From Candidatus Thorarchaeota archaeon (lineage in GTDB: Archaea > Asgardarchaeota > Thorarchaeia > Thorarchaeales > Thorarchaeaceae), in contig JBHLRQ010000008.1 in NCBI GenBank assembly GCA_048882385.1, positions 1 through 56,504 on the forward strand: a stretch of 56,504 nt of DNA. The letters are read 5' to 3'. Positions 39,669 through 49,120 of this stretch are shown here, in pieces. The position numbers and the translations under genes are program-made. Positions within the stretch are counted from its first letter, which is position 1, and each line of letters starts with the position of its first letter. The notes beneath the pieces are model-generated. The model saw only the letters and a list, made by a program, of their open reading frames with translations, searched no databases and had not been told where the DNA came from.

Positions 39669-40616
39669 CTAGAGTAATGGAAGAATATGGTCTCCAAACA
39701 TCGTTAATTGATCCAGCTCTTCACCATAAGGAAACATTAGGATGATGTTTGATACATCTTGATCTTTGTACATGGCAAGTTTATCTACAATCATTTGCGG
39801 AGTGCCCCATAGTGAAGAATCAACTCTCTTCCGATATTCTTCATTGACCATCCCTCTTGAAGCGGCACCTTTTTTGATCCTTTCATCCATCTCTGACTCA
39901 GATCTGAGAATCCGTGTCCAACATCCAACCGATTTGAGAATCTCCGTTTGTTTCCGATCATATTTTTCTGCAACTTCAGCGAGTCTACTGAATATTGGTT
40001 CTGTCCTCTCTGGATTGAAATCCCAAGCAACATTTATCCCATCCCCAAATCTTGCTGCTATTTCGATCATACGTGAACCGCCCTTGTTTGAACCAACCCA
40101 GATAGTTGGATGTGGTCTTTGAATTGGTTTTGGGAATGAAACTAGGTTGTGAATTTGATAGAATTTCCCATTGAAAGAGTATTTTTCCTCTGTCCAAACA
40201 CCCCGAATAATCTGGATGGCTTCGACAAGTTGTTCTGATCTCGTCTTAAAATCTGGAAATTCATATCCATATGCATTGTACTCGAGCTTTTTCCAGCCAG
40301 CTCCAACACCAAATTCTAACCTGCCTTTTGAAAGGACATCTATTGTAGCGCCCATCTTTGCATGAAGTGCAGGATTTCGATAGCTGTTACAAAATACAAG
40401 ACTTCCAACTCTTATCTTTTCATTATCTCGTACCAAGGCTGCCATCAGCAACCATGGATCAAGAAGCATTTTCTCAGTAGCATCTGCGTTGAGCATAAAA
40501 TGGTCGGAAAACCAAACAACCTCAAATTCATTATTTAATGCCTGTTCGGATATCTCAAGAACATCATTGTAACTATAACCAAATTGAGGTTCAACCTGTA
40601 CTCCAAAGCGCATCAA
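39669..40616 (-). CDS. LLM-class (probably F420-dependent) oxidoreductase
   Basis: VWFSDHF, RNPALHAKMGATIDVLSKGRLEFGVGAGW, PKPIQRPHPTIWVG. Confidence 0.9.
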   Translation of the reverse strand: MMRFGVQVEPQFGYSYNDVLEISEQALNNEFEVVWFSDHFMLNADATEKMLLDPWLLMAALVRDNEKIRVGSLVFCNSYRNPALHAKMGATIDVLSKGRLEFGVGAGWKKLEYNAYGYEFPDFKTRSEQLVEAIQIIRGVWTEEKYSFNGKFYQIHNLVSFPKPIQRPHPTIWVGSNKGGSRMIEIAARFGDGINVAWDFNPERTEPIFSRLAEVAEKYDRKQTEILKSVGCWTRILRSESEMDERIKKGAASRGMVNEEYRKRVDSSLWGTPQMIVDKLAMYKDQDVSNIILMFPYGEELDQLTMFGDHILPLL

Positions 40617-40628
40617 TTAGCAAATCCT

Positions 40629-41075
40629 TTACTCTTTGCTTTCTATATCTAAAACAATCCGTACTGCTTCCTCGACGAACTTTGGACAAGTCTTACGAAA
40701 ATGACCTGATTCAATAGCATCATCGCGTGCATCCTTGTCAGCCATTTTTACTCCTGTTAGTTCATCGCAAATGATAGTATCAAATTTCTTCTTGAATTTA
40801 TAGATGAATTTCGCAGCTGAAGTATATGTCGCATTCTTATGCTCTTCAAAATCACTGAATTTTGGATTATTTAGCATTCCAAAAGCAGCCACAGCACCAG
40901 ATACTGCTCCACATACATTGCCTTGAAGCCCAACACCACCGCCTAGTCCTGCCATCGCCGCTGTGCCTTCATCAAAATACACTCCATATTTTTCAAGGAC
41001 AGCTCTGAAGACAGATTGTGAGCAATTATGTTCGGAGCCAAAATATGCCAATGCTTGATCAACGGTATTCTGCAT
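40629..41075 (-). CDS. C-GCAxxG-C-C family putative redox protein
   Basis: HNCSQSV, GGG..G.VCGAVSG, IICDEL, KTC. Confidence 0.88.
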   Translation of the reverse strand: MQNTVDQALAYFGSEHNCSQSVFRAVLEKYGVYFDEGTAAMAGLGGGVGLQGNVCGAVSGAVAAFGMLNNPKFSDFEEHKNATYTSAAKFIYKFKKKFDTIICDELTGVKMADKDARDDAIESGHFRKTCPKFVEEAVRIVLDIESKE

Positions 41076-41185
41076 CTGTACATTCTCCGGTTGATGTTTG
41101 TGAATGAACCACCATATCAGTCCTCCTAATCAAATAAAAACTTGCTCCGATAGGAAGTTCTTTTGAAATCTCTCATATTATCTGT

Positions 41186-41632
41186 TTGAGCAAAATGAAG
41201 GAATATCCAGAATCAATAGGACTCGATGAAATTTGGGAATATTTTGAGGGCTTTCCACTTGCACACCTTAGTACAATTGATGGTGAACAACCACGTGTTC
41301 GACCACTTTCTCTGATTGCTTACAATGACAATCTGTGGATGGCAACAAAAACAGAGTGGAATAAGGTGAATCAAATTAAACAGAACAATAATGTAGAATT
41401 TACTCTAGCACCTTTATCCGATAATGGAACAGGAAGCATAAGAGTAACAGCAGAAGCAAAAATCATTGACGATAAATATACACGACAAGAACTAAGTGGT
41501 AAGATTCCGTGGTTCAAGCAATATTGGTCCGGATTTAATGACCTCAATTTCACACTGATTCAGTTCAATCTAAGTAAAATCCTCTACGATCATCCAAGTG
41601 ACCGAAAGAAATACACTGTCCAACTCAAATGA
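41186..41632 (+). CDS. pyridoxamine 5'-phosphate oxidase-like (split-barrel flavin/F420-binding) protein
   Basis: LSTIDGEQPRVRP, KVNQIKQNNNVE. Confidence 0.8.
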   Translation: MSKMKEYPESIGLDEIWEYFEGFPLAHLSTIDGEQPRVRPLSLIAYNDNLWMATKTEWNKVNQIKQNNNVEFTLAPLSDNGTGSIRVTAEAKIIDDKYTRQELSGKIPWFKQYWSGFNDLNFTLIQFNLSKILYDHPSDRKKYTVQLK

Positions 41633-42351
41633 AAAGCGGTGTGCTCCCTGTGAACGATGACTCTTTTCAAATGTACTTAAAGAAAAGTAAGAAATCAGAA
41701 AACGCAATCAAGCAAATCACTGAGCTAGTCAAAGACTTCGAAGCCTTTCTTTCCGAGGAAAGCATTTCAATTCCTGAGGCTGAGATTGAGGAACTTGAGA
41801 GCTTTGTATCGTGGATTGAAGATACTACTGGAAAGAAAGCAAACAAACATCTTTGGGCTCTCTCAATTCTCTACACATTTCTCGAAAATGAAAAGATGGC
41901 AAAACATTCACGCCTACTACGTGGAAGTAAGATAAAGAAGATACCCTTTCAAATTGGGAAATTTCGAGGTGTGAATCAAGCTTATGTAAAAAAACTTGAG
42001 AATCTGGGAATCATTAATGTTGACCAAATGATCCTCAAGGGTAAGACTCCTGAGATGAGATTGAGATTATCGGAAGAATCTGGAGTTCCTATTGAATCAA
42101 TACTAGAATTTGTCAAACTTTCAGATTTAACACGCGTTGGAGCTGTAAGGACAGTTCGTGCCCGCTTATACTATGATGCTGGAATAGATACAATCGATAA
42201 AATGGCAGGATATGACCCAGCTGAGCTACGGTCCTACTTGTCAAAGTGGATAGAGAAGACAGGTTTTGAGGGTATTGCACCATTGCCAAAAGAAGCTTCA
42301 AATGCTGTATCGACTGCAAAGACACTTCCTAGATTGGTTGTCTATGAGTAA
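41629..42351 (+). CDS. DUF4332-like helix-hairpin-helix protein with N-terminal integrase-SAM-like helical domain
   Basis: FRGVNQAYVKKLENLGI, SDLTRVGAVRTVRARLYYDAGIDT. Confidence 0.72.
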   Translation: MKSGVLPVNDDSFQMYLKKSKKSENAIKQITELVKDFEAFLSEESISIPEAEIEELESFVSWIEDTTGKKANKHLWALSILYTFLENEKMAKHSRLLRGSKIKKIPFQIGKFRGVNQAYVKKLENLGIINVDQMILKGKTPEMRLRLSEESGVPIESILEFVKLSDLTRVGAVRTVRARLYYDAGIDTIDKMAGYDPAELRSYLSKWIEKTGFEGIAPLPKEASNAVSTAKTLPRLVVYE

Positions 42352-42361
42352 TCATTAAGGT

Positions 42362-42835
42362 TCAGAGTCTAATGTTTTCTGGTGGGTTCTTCCTGCTAAA
42401 CATCATCCAGCCAGCTATAAGAGTTACTAGTCCAACCATCAGAATTCCAAATCCGACATTTTGAATTAGCTCACTAATGCCCGTTAAGCCCCTAATGATG
42501 TACCCACTAGCAATCAATACAAGTCCCATTATGAAAACAGACTTAGCTAACTTTGTATCTTTAACTTTGATTTCGAGACCAGGATCAGCTGGACCAACCA
42601 CAGGTGCACTAGACACTTTGATATCAGATAGGAAGAATCGTTTACCGTCCTCAGTGAATTTCCCATTTAATGAACCTTCAGAAACGAGTTCTTGGAGTGC
42701 CTGGAAAGCTTCATCTTCCTCTGCTCCGGCTAAATTACTTAGTTTCTCTATTGAGCTGATCTTGCTCTCAATGATGATTTGACACAATCTTGTTTTCAAT
42801 TCGATAGGATTGGATGAAGAGTGGTCGATTATCAT
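42362..42835 (-). CDS. PCI/winged-helix-like domain protein with two C-terminal TM helices
   Basis: SIEKLSNLAG..EDEAFQALQELVSEGSLNGKFTEDG followed by two TM segments. Confidence 0.6.
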   Translation of the reverse strand: MIIDHSSSNPIELKTRLCQIIIESKISSIEKLSNLAGAEEDEAFQALQELVSEGSLNGKFTEDGKRFFLSDIKVSSAPVVGPADPGLEIKVKDTKLAKSVFIMGLVLIASGYIIRGLTGISELIQNVGFGILMVGLVTLIAGWMMFSRKNPPENIRL

Positions 42836-43000
42836 CGGAATCTCACGCTCATTATATACAATGATTAGTATATAACCTAAAGGCACTACGCAGGCTCACA
42901 GAAAAGGGTCCCAATATGAGTACACTTAATTTTACTTCTACTTCTATCTAAGTAAATATTTTCAACCATTTTGGTCGAATGGCCCATACAGTCTTGATCG

Positions 43001-43945
43001 TCAGCCGCGTTTTTCTTTCTCATATGGTTTTGCAATTGCTTTAGGTGGAACTGATCTGCGAATTCCTGCTAATGCAATAACTACCAAGAGGTATGGTATC
43101 ATTTGGATGAAGTTATTGTACGGCAGGAGAGAAGGTGCTGCTAGAGAAATGAAGATTTGAAGACCTGACAAAAATCCAAAGAAGGTTCCAGCGATGAAAC
43201 ATCCAATTGGTTTCCAGTTTCCGAATATCAATGCAGCCAGAGCAATAAAACCTCTACCTGCTGTCATAAGCTTACCAAATCGAGCACCATATCCGATTGA
43301 GAGATATGCGCCACCAAGACCTGCTAGGCAGCCACTCAGAATGACTCCAATCATCCTAATTGTTTCTACATTGACACCAGTGGTGTCTAGTGCGCTTGGG
43401 TCTTCCCCAGCGGCGCGTATTCGAAGTCCAATAGGCGTCTTGTACATGATAAACCAGCTTATGAACACTGCAAAGAACATCATGTAGATGATTGGTGACA
43501 ACGAACCGAAGATTTCACCAAGGAATGTATTGTTTCCCAGTTGAGGTATCACTACTTGCGGCAGAGGAGTCACTTCATCCGAAACACCTCTCGCTGCCCA
43601 AATTACTTCAAGCATCAATGTCGTGAAGCCACCAGCAAAAATAATCACACCTGTGCCGCTTACAATGTGATCCCCCTTGAGTTTTACACAAACGACCGCA
43701 TGGACTGCAGCAAGTGCTCCTCCTGCGATGACTGCGACCAATAAGCCAAACCATGGATTATCTGAAAAGTAGGTTGCAGCCACTGCACTGAATGCTCCGA
43801 TCAACATCATTCCTTCTAGACCGATGTTGACCACTCCTGTTCGCTCGCTATACATTCCACCTAGGGCTGTAAGAACAAGTGGGGTTGAAAACTGTAATGT
43901 CACTTTGATGAGCCATGCAATCATGATGATATTAAAAATTTGCAT
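43001..43945 (-). CDS. nucleoside ABC transporter permease (NupC-like)
   Basis: TPLVLTALGGMYSERTGVVNIGLEG, GLRIRAAGEDP, GRGFIALAALIFGNW. Confidence 0.92.
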   Translation of the reverse strand: MQIFNIIMIAWLIKVTLQFSTPLVLTALGGMYSERTGVVNIGLEGMMLIGAFSAVAATYFSDNPWFGLLVAVIAGGALAAVHAVVCVKLKGDHIVSGTGVIIFAGGFTTLMLEVIWAARGVSDEVTPLPQVVIPQLGNNTFLGEIFGSLSPIIYMMFFAVFISWFIMYKTPIGLRIRAAGEDPSALDTTGVNVETIRMIGVILSGCLAGLGGAYLSIGYGARFGKLMTAGRGFIALAALIFGNWKPIGCFIAGTFFGFLSGLQIFISLAAPSLLPYNNFIQMIPYLLVVIALAGIRRSVPPKAIAKPYEKEKRG

Positions 43946-45426
43946 TATTGCTCACCTCCCAGTTGTATCGATGTAGCATCTTCAGTATATGCCAGAAGCA
44001 TTGTTACCACAAATCCAAATCCAGTCATGATCGCTACTACAGAAACTGTTCCCATCGGTATGAACATCATGCCAGTGAGTAGCATTATCAACCAAAGAAT
44101 GAATGTGGCTGTAGTCACTCCAAACCTTCGTTCATCTATCTTCAAGTGGAAAACAATGACTACAAGTCCCATTATAATGATTAGCAAACCAAGTAAAGCT
44201 AGTAGGACATTTGCTATCATTAGGGTGGCCAACATCAGCATTGCAAAATTGGCAGTCATGATGCCAAACGCTAATGCAATGATACTTGGTACACCTTCTT
44301 TTGGTTTCTTAACAATCCACTGGGCATAGCCAATTCCTCTGTTTGCTAACCACTCTACTAGACGTGGTGCTGCAACAAAGAGAACTACTAGACCTTGGAT
44401 GACTCCAACCATCTCACTTGGAACACCTGCAATGGTCTGCATGTATCCTCCACCAGCTTTCAATGCTCCGAAGAAGAGTGCCCCACCCAGTACTCCCCAG
44501 GGATTGTTTCTACCTAATACAGCTACAGTGATTCCATCAAAACCTATTCCTCCCGACCACTGATCGTAAAATCTGTGATAGTATCCAAGAACCTCTTCAG
44601 ATCCTGCGAGTCCTGCAAGACCGCCACTTAATCCAAGAGCTAAAGCCATATTTCGTTTAGAGTTAATTCCAGCTGTCTTAGCTGCTTCTTCATTCTGTCC
44701 AACTGCTCTCATCTCATAACCCATGACAGTTCGATTGATGAAGAACTCGACAAGAATAACACAACCCACTGCAATTATGAATCCCCAGTTTAGAAATGCA
44801 CTACCAAAAAGTTTGGGTAGGAATGCTGTATCAAAGATAAATGGTGAAACGCTCCGAGAGTCCCCTGGATTATGCATTGGCCCCTGTGAAACAAGCCACT
44901 GGGTAAGCAGAACTGATGAATAGCTAAGCATCATTGTAGTTACAACTTCATGAGCTCCTCTGTATGCACGAAGTATTCCTGGTAAAAGACCATAGAGAAG
45001 ACCACTAAGTACACCCGCTCCAAGTGCTACGATTTGGTGTATACCGAAAGGTAATGCAATCATATATCCAACAGCTGTTGCGACAATAGATCCGATGTAA
45101 AGTTGACCCTCAGCACCAATGTTAAACAGACCACATTTGAAAGCGAGAGCCACAGACAATCCTGCCAGAAGTAGCGGGGTTGCGTTGTACAGTACTAGGT
45201 CAAATTGAAGAATCGCTCCAAAGAATAACGCACTAAATGCATTCAGAGGGTTATAACCTGTAGCAAGCATTATCATTGCTGCAACGATAAGTGCCATCAC
45301 GATTGAAGCGATTGTGGCAATGATCGTGTTGAGGAACTCTCTTGATGTTAGTCGTGCCACTGTTCGGTCCAATGTTCCTCTGATTTCGTTAGTAGCTGAT
45401 GTTTCTTCTACTTGCTGTTCAGTCAT
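43945..45426 (-). CDS. nucleoside ABC transporter permease (NupB-like) with extra C-terminal TM extension
   Basis: GLFNIGAEGQ, HEVVTTMML, GYEMRAVGQN, GFDGITVAVLGRNNP, then about 130 extra, largely hydrophobic residues. Confidence 0.9.
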   Translation of the reverse strand: MTEQQVEETSATNEIRGTLDRTVARLTSREFLNTIIATIASIVMALIVAAMIMLATGYNPLNAFSALFFGAILQFDLVLYNATPLLLAGLSVALAFKCGLFNIGAEGQLYIGSIVATAVGYMIALPFGIHQIVALGAGVLSGLLYGLLPGILRAYRGAHEVVTTMMLSYSSVLLTQWLVSQGPMHNPGDSRSVSPFIFDTAFLPKLFGSAFLNWGFIIAVGCVILVEFFINRTVMGYEMRAVGQNEEAAKTAGINSKRNMALALGLSGGLAGLAGSEEVLGYYHRFYDQWSGGIGFDGITVAVLGRNNPWGVLGGALFFGALKAGGGYMQTIAGVPSEMVGVIQGLVVLFVAAPRLVEWLANRGIGYAQWIVKKPKEGVPSIIALAFGIMTANFAMLMLATLMIANVLLALLGLLIIIMGLVVIVFHLKIDERRFGVTTATFILWLIMLLTGMMFIPMGTVSVVAIMTGFGFVVTMLLAYTEDATSIQLGGEQ

Positions 45427-47243
45427 GACACAACCTCCTCTGCATTTGAATGCCCTGCCATCAGCAGACCGAGTTCTTGAGCCGTTGTCATTTCTGGATC
45501 TTTGGTTGCTACAATACGACCATCAAAGATGACACCGATTGTATCTGATAGACTTCGAATCTCATCAAGTTCTGCGGAAATAAGAAGAACAGCAACTCCA
45601 GAGTCCCTCAGAGCAATGAGGACATTGTGAATATATTCTGTTGCTCCGACATCCAAACCCCTAGTGGGTTGAGCAGCAATCAATAAGAGCGGATTGGAGC
45701 TGAGCTCACGGGCAACGACTAACTTCTGTTGATTCCCACCACTCAAAGTACTAGCTGGATCCATTGTTTTACCAACCTTTACAGAATAGTCGTTAACTAA
45801 TTTTGCAGCCTTAGAGTGAATTTTGTTCAAATTGAGAATACCTCTAGATGACGCGTAGGGTTCTCTATAATGTTCTCCTAAAACTAGATTCTCCTCAATA
45901 GTAAAGGGAAGAACTAAACCTCTTTTATGACGGTCCTCTGGGATATGAGCAATTCCAGCAGCTCTAATAGTCCGTGGAGATTTGCCAGTAATGTCCTTCC
46001 CCATCATCATGACCTTACCAGATTTTGGTTTGATCAATCCTGTGAGACCTTCAACGAGCTCTGTTTGACCATTCCCTTCTACACCAGCAATTCCGTAGAT
46101 TTCTCCAGCATGAACTTCCAATGAAACTCCATCTACAGCGATGACTCCTCTTGCATCTTCAACTACCAAATCTTTGACTGAAAAGACAACATCACCAAAT
46201 TTTGGAGGCGCTTTTTCAACCCTGAAAACGACTGGTCTTCCAACCATCATCTGTGCTAAATCCTCAGGAGAAGTTTCTTCTTTATTGACTGTCCCAACGA
46301 GTTCTCCATCACGAAGAACGCTGATTCTATCACACAAAATCATTGGTTCACGAAGCTTGTGTGTGATCAGTATGATTGTTTTTCCTGCATCTCGGAATCT
46401 TTCCAAAGTTACAAATAACTCATCCACTTCTTGAGGAGTTAGTACAGAGGTAGGCTCATCCAGTATCAGAATTTCTGCGTCACGGTATAGCGCTTTGATG
46501 ATTTCTACTCTCTGTTGCAAACCAACAGACAGATTCATTATTTTCTCTCTAGGATCGATATCTAAACCGTTCTCTTCTGATATCTGTTTTATTTTCTCCT
46601 CTGCAACTTTGAAGCCCATTGGCATCAAGTTTCCTACTCCATACTTGACCATCGAGCACAGTGAAACGATACTCATCGCGATTCTCGCCTTCACCCCAGA
46701 TTGTTCAAGCAATGGAGACAGTCTAACAATTATGTATGTCAAGATAGAATTCAGCCTGAATGAAACAAATACTACAAGTAAATAGAGACCGATCATTATT
46801 GCTCCAATCAGAAGTCCAAATGTATACAGTAACAGAATTCCGATAAAGATTGAGATTAGAAGCAAAACCAGTCTCGCTTGGATGTTTGCTTTACCGCTCT
46901 CAGGTTCCATTCCCATCATTACATTTTCTGTAACTGTTAGAGGTGGGATTAGTTTGAAGTGTTGATGAACCATTCCAACTCCTCTAGCAATTGCATCTTC
47001 TGGAGATCTGAGATTAACTTGTTCTCCTTTGATGGTAATCGGACCAGATCCTTCATCCTTAGACAGGAGACCGTACAAAACATTCATCAGCGTACTCTTG
47101 CCCGCTCCATTCTCTCCCAACAAACCATGAACTTCACCCTCCTCAATTCTAAGAGTGATATTCTTGTTGGCTTCAACGTCGCCTGGAAAGGTTTTGCTGA
47201 TGTTTTCAAGCTCGACCGCGTGAATCATCATTGCCTCCACCAT
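45423..47243 (-). CDS. nucleoside ABC transporter ATP-binding protein (NupA-like, tandem NBDs) with hydrophobic insertion
   Basis: GENGAGKST, MVHQHF, LSVGLQQRVEI, DEPT, LSGGNQQK, QPTRGLD. Confidence 0.92.
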   Translation of the reverse strand: MVEAMMIHAVELENISKTFPGDVEANKNITLRIEEGEVHGLLGENGAGKSTLMNVLYGLLSKDEGSGPITIKGEQVNLRSPEDAIARGVGMVHQHFKLIPPLTVTENVMMGMEPESGKANIQARLVLLLISIFIGILLLYTFGLLIGAIMIGLYLLVVFVSFRLNSILTYIIVRLSPLLEQSGVKARIAMSIVSLCSMVKYGVGNLMPMGFKVAEEKIKQISEENGLDIDPREKIMNLSVGLQQRVEIIKALYRDAEILILDEPTSVLTPQEVDELFVTLERFRDAGKTIILITHKLREPMILCDRISVLRDGELVGTVNKEETSPEDLAQMMVGRPVVFRVEKAPPKFGDVVFSVKDLVVEDARGVIAVDGVSLEVHAGEIYGIAGVEGNGQTELVEGLTGLIKPKSGKVMMMGKDITGKSPRTIRAAGIAHIPEDRHKRGLVLPFTIEENLVLGEHYREPYASSRGILNLNKIHSKAAKLVNDYSVKVGKTMDPASTLSGGNQQKLVVARELSSNPLLLIAAQPTRGLDVGATEYIHNVLIALRDSGVAVLLISAELDEIRSLSDTIGVIFDGRIVATKDPEMTTAQELGLLMAGHSNAEEVVS

Positions 47244-47312
47244 AGTAGTGTCTCATCGATATCCGATTCTGACGCTACGCTTGGTTGACCACACTGATAT
47301 TTAACAATGAGG

Positions 47313-47349
47313 GAAGAAAAAGAAAGGTGAGAGGGGATGACCCCCTCTT
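47313..47349 (-). terminator. hairpin and T-rich tract after the BMP gene (intra-operon terminator/attenuator)
   Basis: AGAGGGG/CCCCTCT stem; on the minus strand followed by CACCTTTCTTTTTCTTC. Confidence 0.5.
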
Positions 47350-47364
47350 CAACTATTTTTGAAC

Positions 47365-48429
47365 CTATGTCCAGTATACATCTGTTGGAACCACATAAGT
47401 TCCGTTGATGATTCCTGTCCTGATCATATCAACCATGTCTAGGACTGCTGTCGGAAGTGTGCGAAGGGCTGTGTTGATTTCTATGTCATGACCATCATTG
47501 AACAAGCCATAGAAGATCAAACCACCAGTCCATGTACCAAGAACAGCATCGTACATGATGTCATAGGTTGCAACATCAACACGCTTCAGCATTGAAGTCA
47601 GTGCAACTGTCGGTGCTACAGGATTGTCTGGATCGGCACACCCAAGATACATCTGTGGTGAATCCACACCAATAACGTATAGTGGGGTCGATGAGGTAAC
47701 ATTGTCTTCCTTAGCGGCATCGAATGCACCAAGACCAGATCGACCTGCGGCTGCAAATACAATGTCAGCTCCACCTGTATACATAGCTGAAGTCATTGTT
47801 TTGCCAGTTGCGATGTCTGCCCAATCACCAACATATTGTGCGGTGTAGGAAATACCAGGATTGGTCAGGTTTGCACCATAGACATACCCTGCGTAGAATT
47901 TCCTGATCAAATCAATATCCATTCCACCAAGGAAACCAATGCTGTCAGTATTTGTCATCATTCCTGCCACTGCACCAACTAGTGCCGATCCCTCATTTTC
48001 ACTAAACAAGACGGAGGCTACGTTGGTATAGTTGCCAGGATCGATGAACATGTCTATGATTGCGAACTCTTGGTCAGGATAATCATCGGCAACAGCCATC
48101 ACAGCATCTGCTTGATCAAAGCCTACACTTATGATCAGATCAAAAGGCTGGATGTATCCTGCATGCGACGCGTACTGCCGTAAGAACGTTTCATAGTCCG
48201 CTATCACATTCGGTTCCGAATATGTAAAGTTGATACTATAATCATCGTGTGCATTAGTAGCGCCCTCAAAGACTCCATCGTTGAACGACTTGTCACCCAA
48301 TCCACCTGTAGCAAATACTATTGCAACTTCATATGGATTGTTTACTGGTTGTATCATGAGATAGACGCCAAAACCAGCAACACCGATGATTGCAATCAAC
48401 ACGATTGCTATCACTGCGTTTCGATTCAT
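47365..48429 (-). CDS. BMP-family nucleoside-binding protein
   Basis: GGLGDKSFND, FSENEGSALVG, IGFLGGM, AAGRSGLG, IGVDSPQ, SMLKRVD. Confidence 0.92.
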   Translation of the reverse strand: MNRNAVIAIVLIAIIGVAGFGVYLMIQPVNNPYEVAIVFATGGLGDKSFNDGVFEGATNAHDDYSINFTYSEPNVIADYETFLRQYASHAGYIQPFDLIISVGFDQADAVMAVADDYPDQEFAIIDMFIDPGNYTNVASVLFSENEGSALVGAVAGMMTNTDSIGFLGGMDIDLIRKFYAGYVYGANLTNPGISYTAQYVGDWADIATGKTMTSAMYTGGADIVFAAAGRSGLGAFDAAKEDNVTSSTPLYVIGVDSPQMYLGCADPDNPVAPTVALTSMLKRVDVATYDIMYDAVLGTWTGGLIFYGLFNDGHDIEINTALRTLPTAVLDMVDMIRTGIINGTYVVPTDVYWT

Positions 48430-48630
48430 TATTTATTTCTCTCCTCCGAAAACTCCTAGGAAGTGTTCCGTGAGATGAAAGTCAAATCAATGACACTTAG
48501 AAATTACATCATTCCTCAATAAAAACTTAAGCTATTTCGCTTCGTCACTTGACGTAGAAAAACTCGCTGTTATTGAATGTCTATGTAATGTTTTATGTGT
48601 CAAAAGAGACACCTCCAATTTGTGTTTATC

Positions 48631-49110
48631 ATGAGTATAATTGCTGAATCAATCTTGAGTCAATTTGTCAGAGGATTGAACATGACGAGTGATGCTGTCG
48701 AGAAAGTCCCTAACTCAAAATGGAATGATGGTGCAGAGAAGTGGTTCTTTTCACTCACTGCTTATCACATTGTTGAAACACTGGATTTCTACTCAAGGAA
48801 TGATCACGAAGGAATGATTTGGGGCAAAAGAGCTGGATTCTCATGGGAAGACAAAGAAAGTATTGAGAAAGACATTCTGCCTAAGATAACCAAAGATCTT
48901 GTTCTAGAGTACATACTCGAAACCGAGGAAAAGTTATCGGACCTTCTAAAGAACACTTCTGACCAGGATTTACTTGAGAAAGATGCTTTCCATTGGTTCT
49001 CATGTATTCTTGAGAAACTCCAGTATGCACTGAGACACACTGCATATCACTGTGGAGAGCTAGCCCTTGCACTACGCAATTGGGAATCTCCACATGTTAG
49101 TTGGAAATGA
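48631..49110 (+). CDS. DinB-family protein
   Basis: AYHIVETLDFY ... LRHTAYHCGEL His motifs. Confidence 0.8.
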   Translation: MSIIAESILSQFVRGLNMTSDAVEKVPNSKWNDGAEKWFFSLTAYHIVETLDFYSRNDHEGMIWGKRAGFSWEDKESIEKDILPKITKDLVLEYILETEEKLSDLLKNTSDQDLLEKDAFHWFSCILEKLQYALRHTAYHCGELALALRNWESPHVSWK

Positions 49111-49120
49111 GTGCAGTTAG

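Noticed and set aside
41629-42351. Integrase or mobile element
   Set aside because: No catalytic R-H-R-Y recombinase domain, att sites or other mobility genes.
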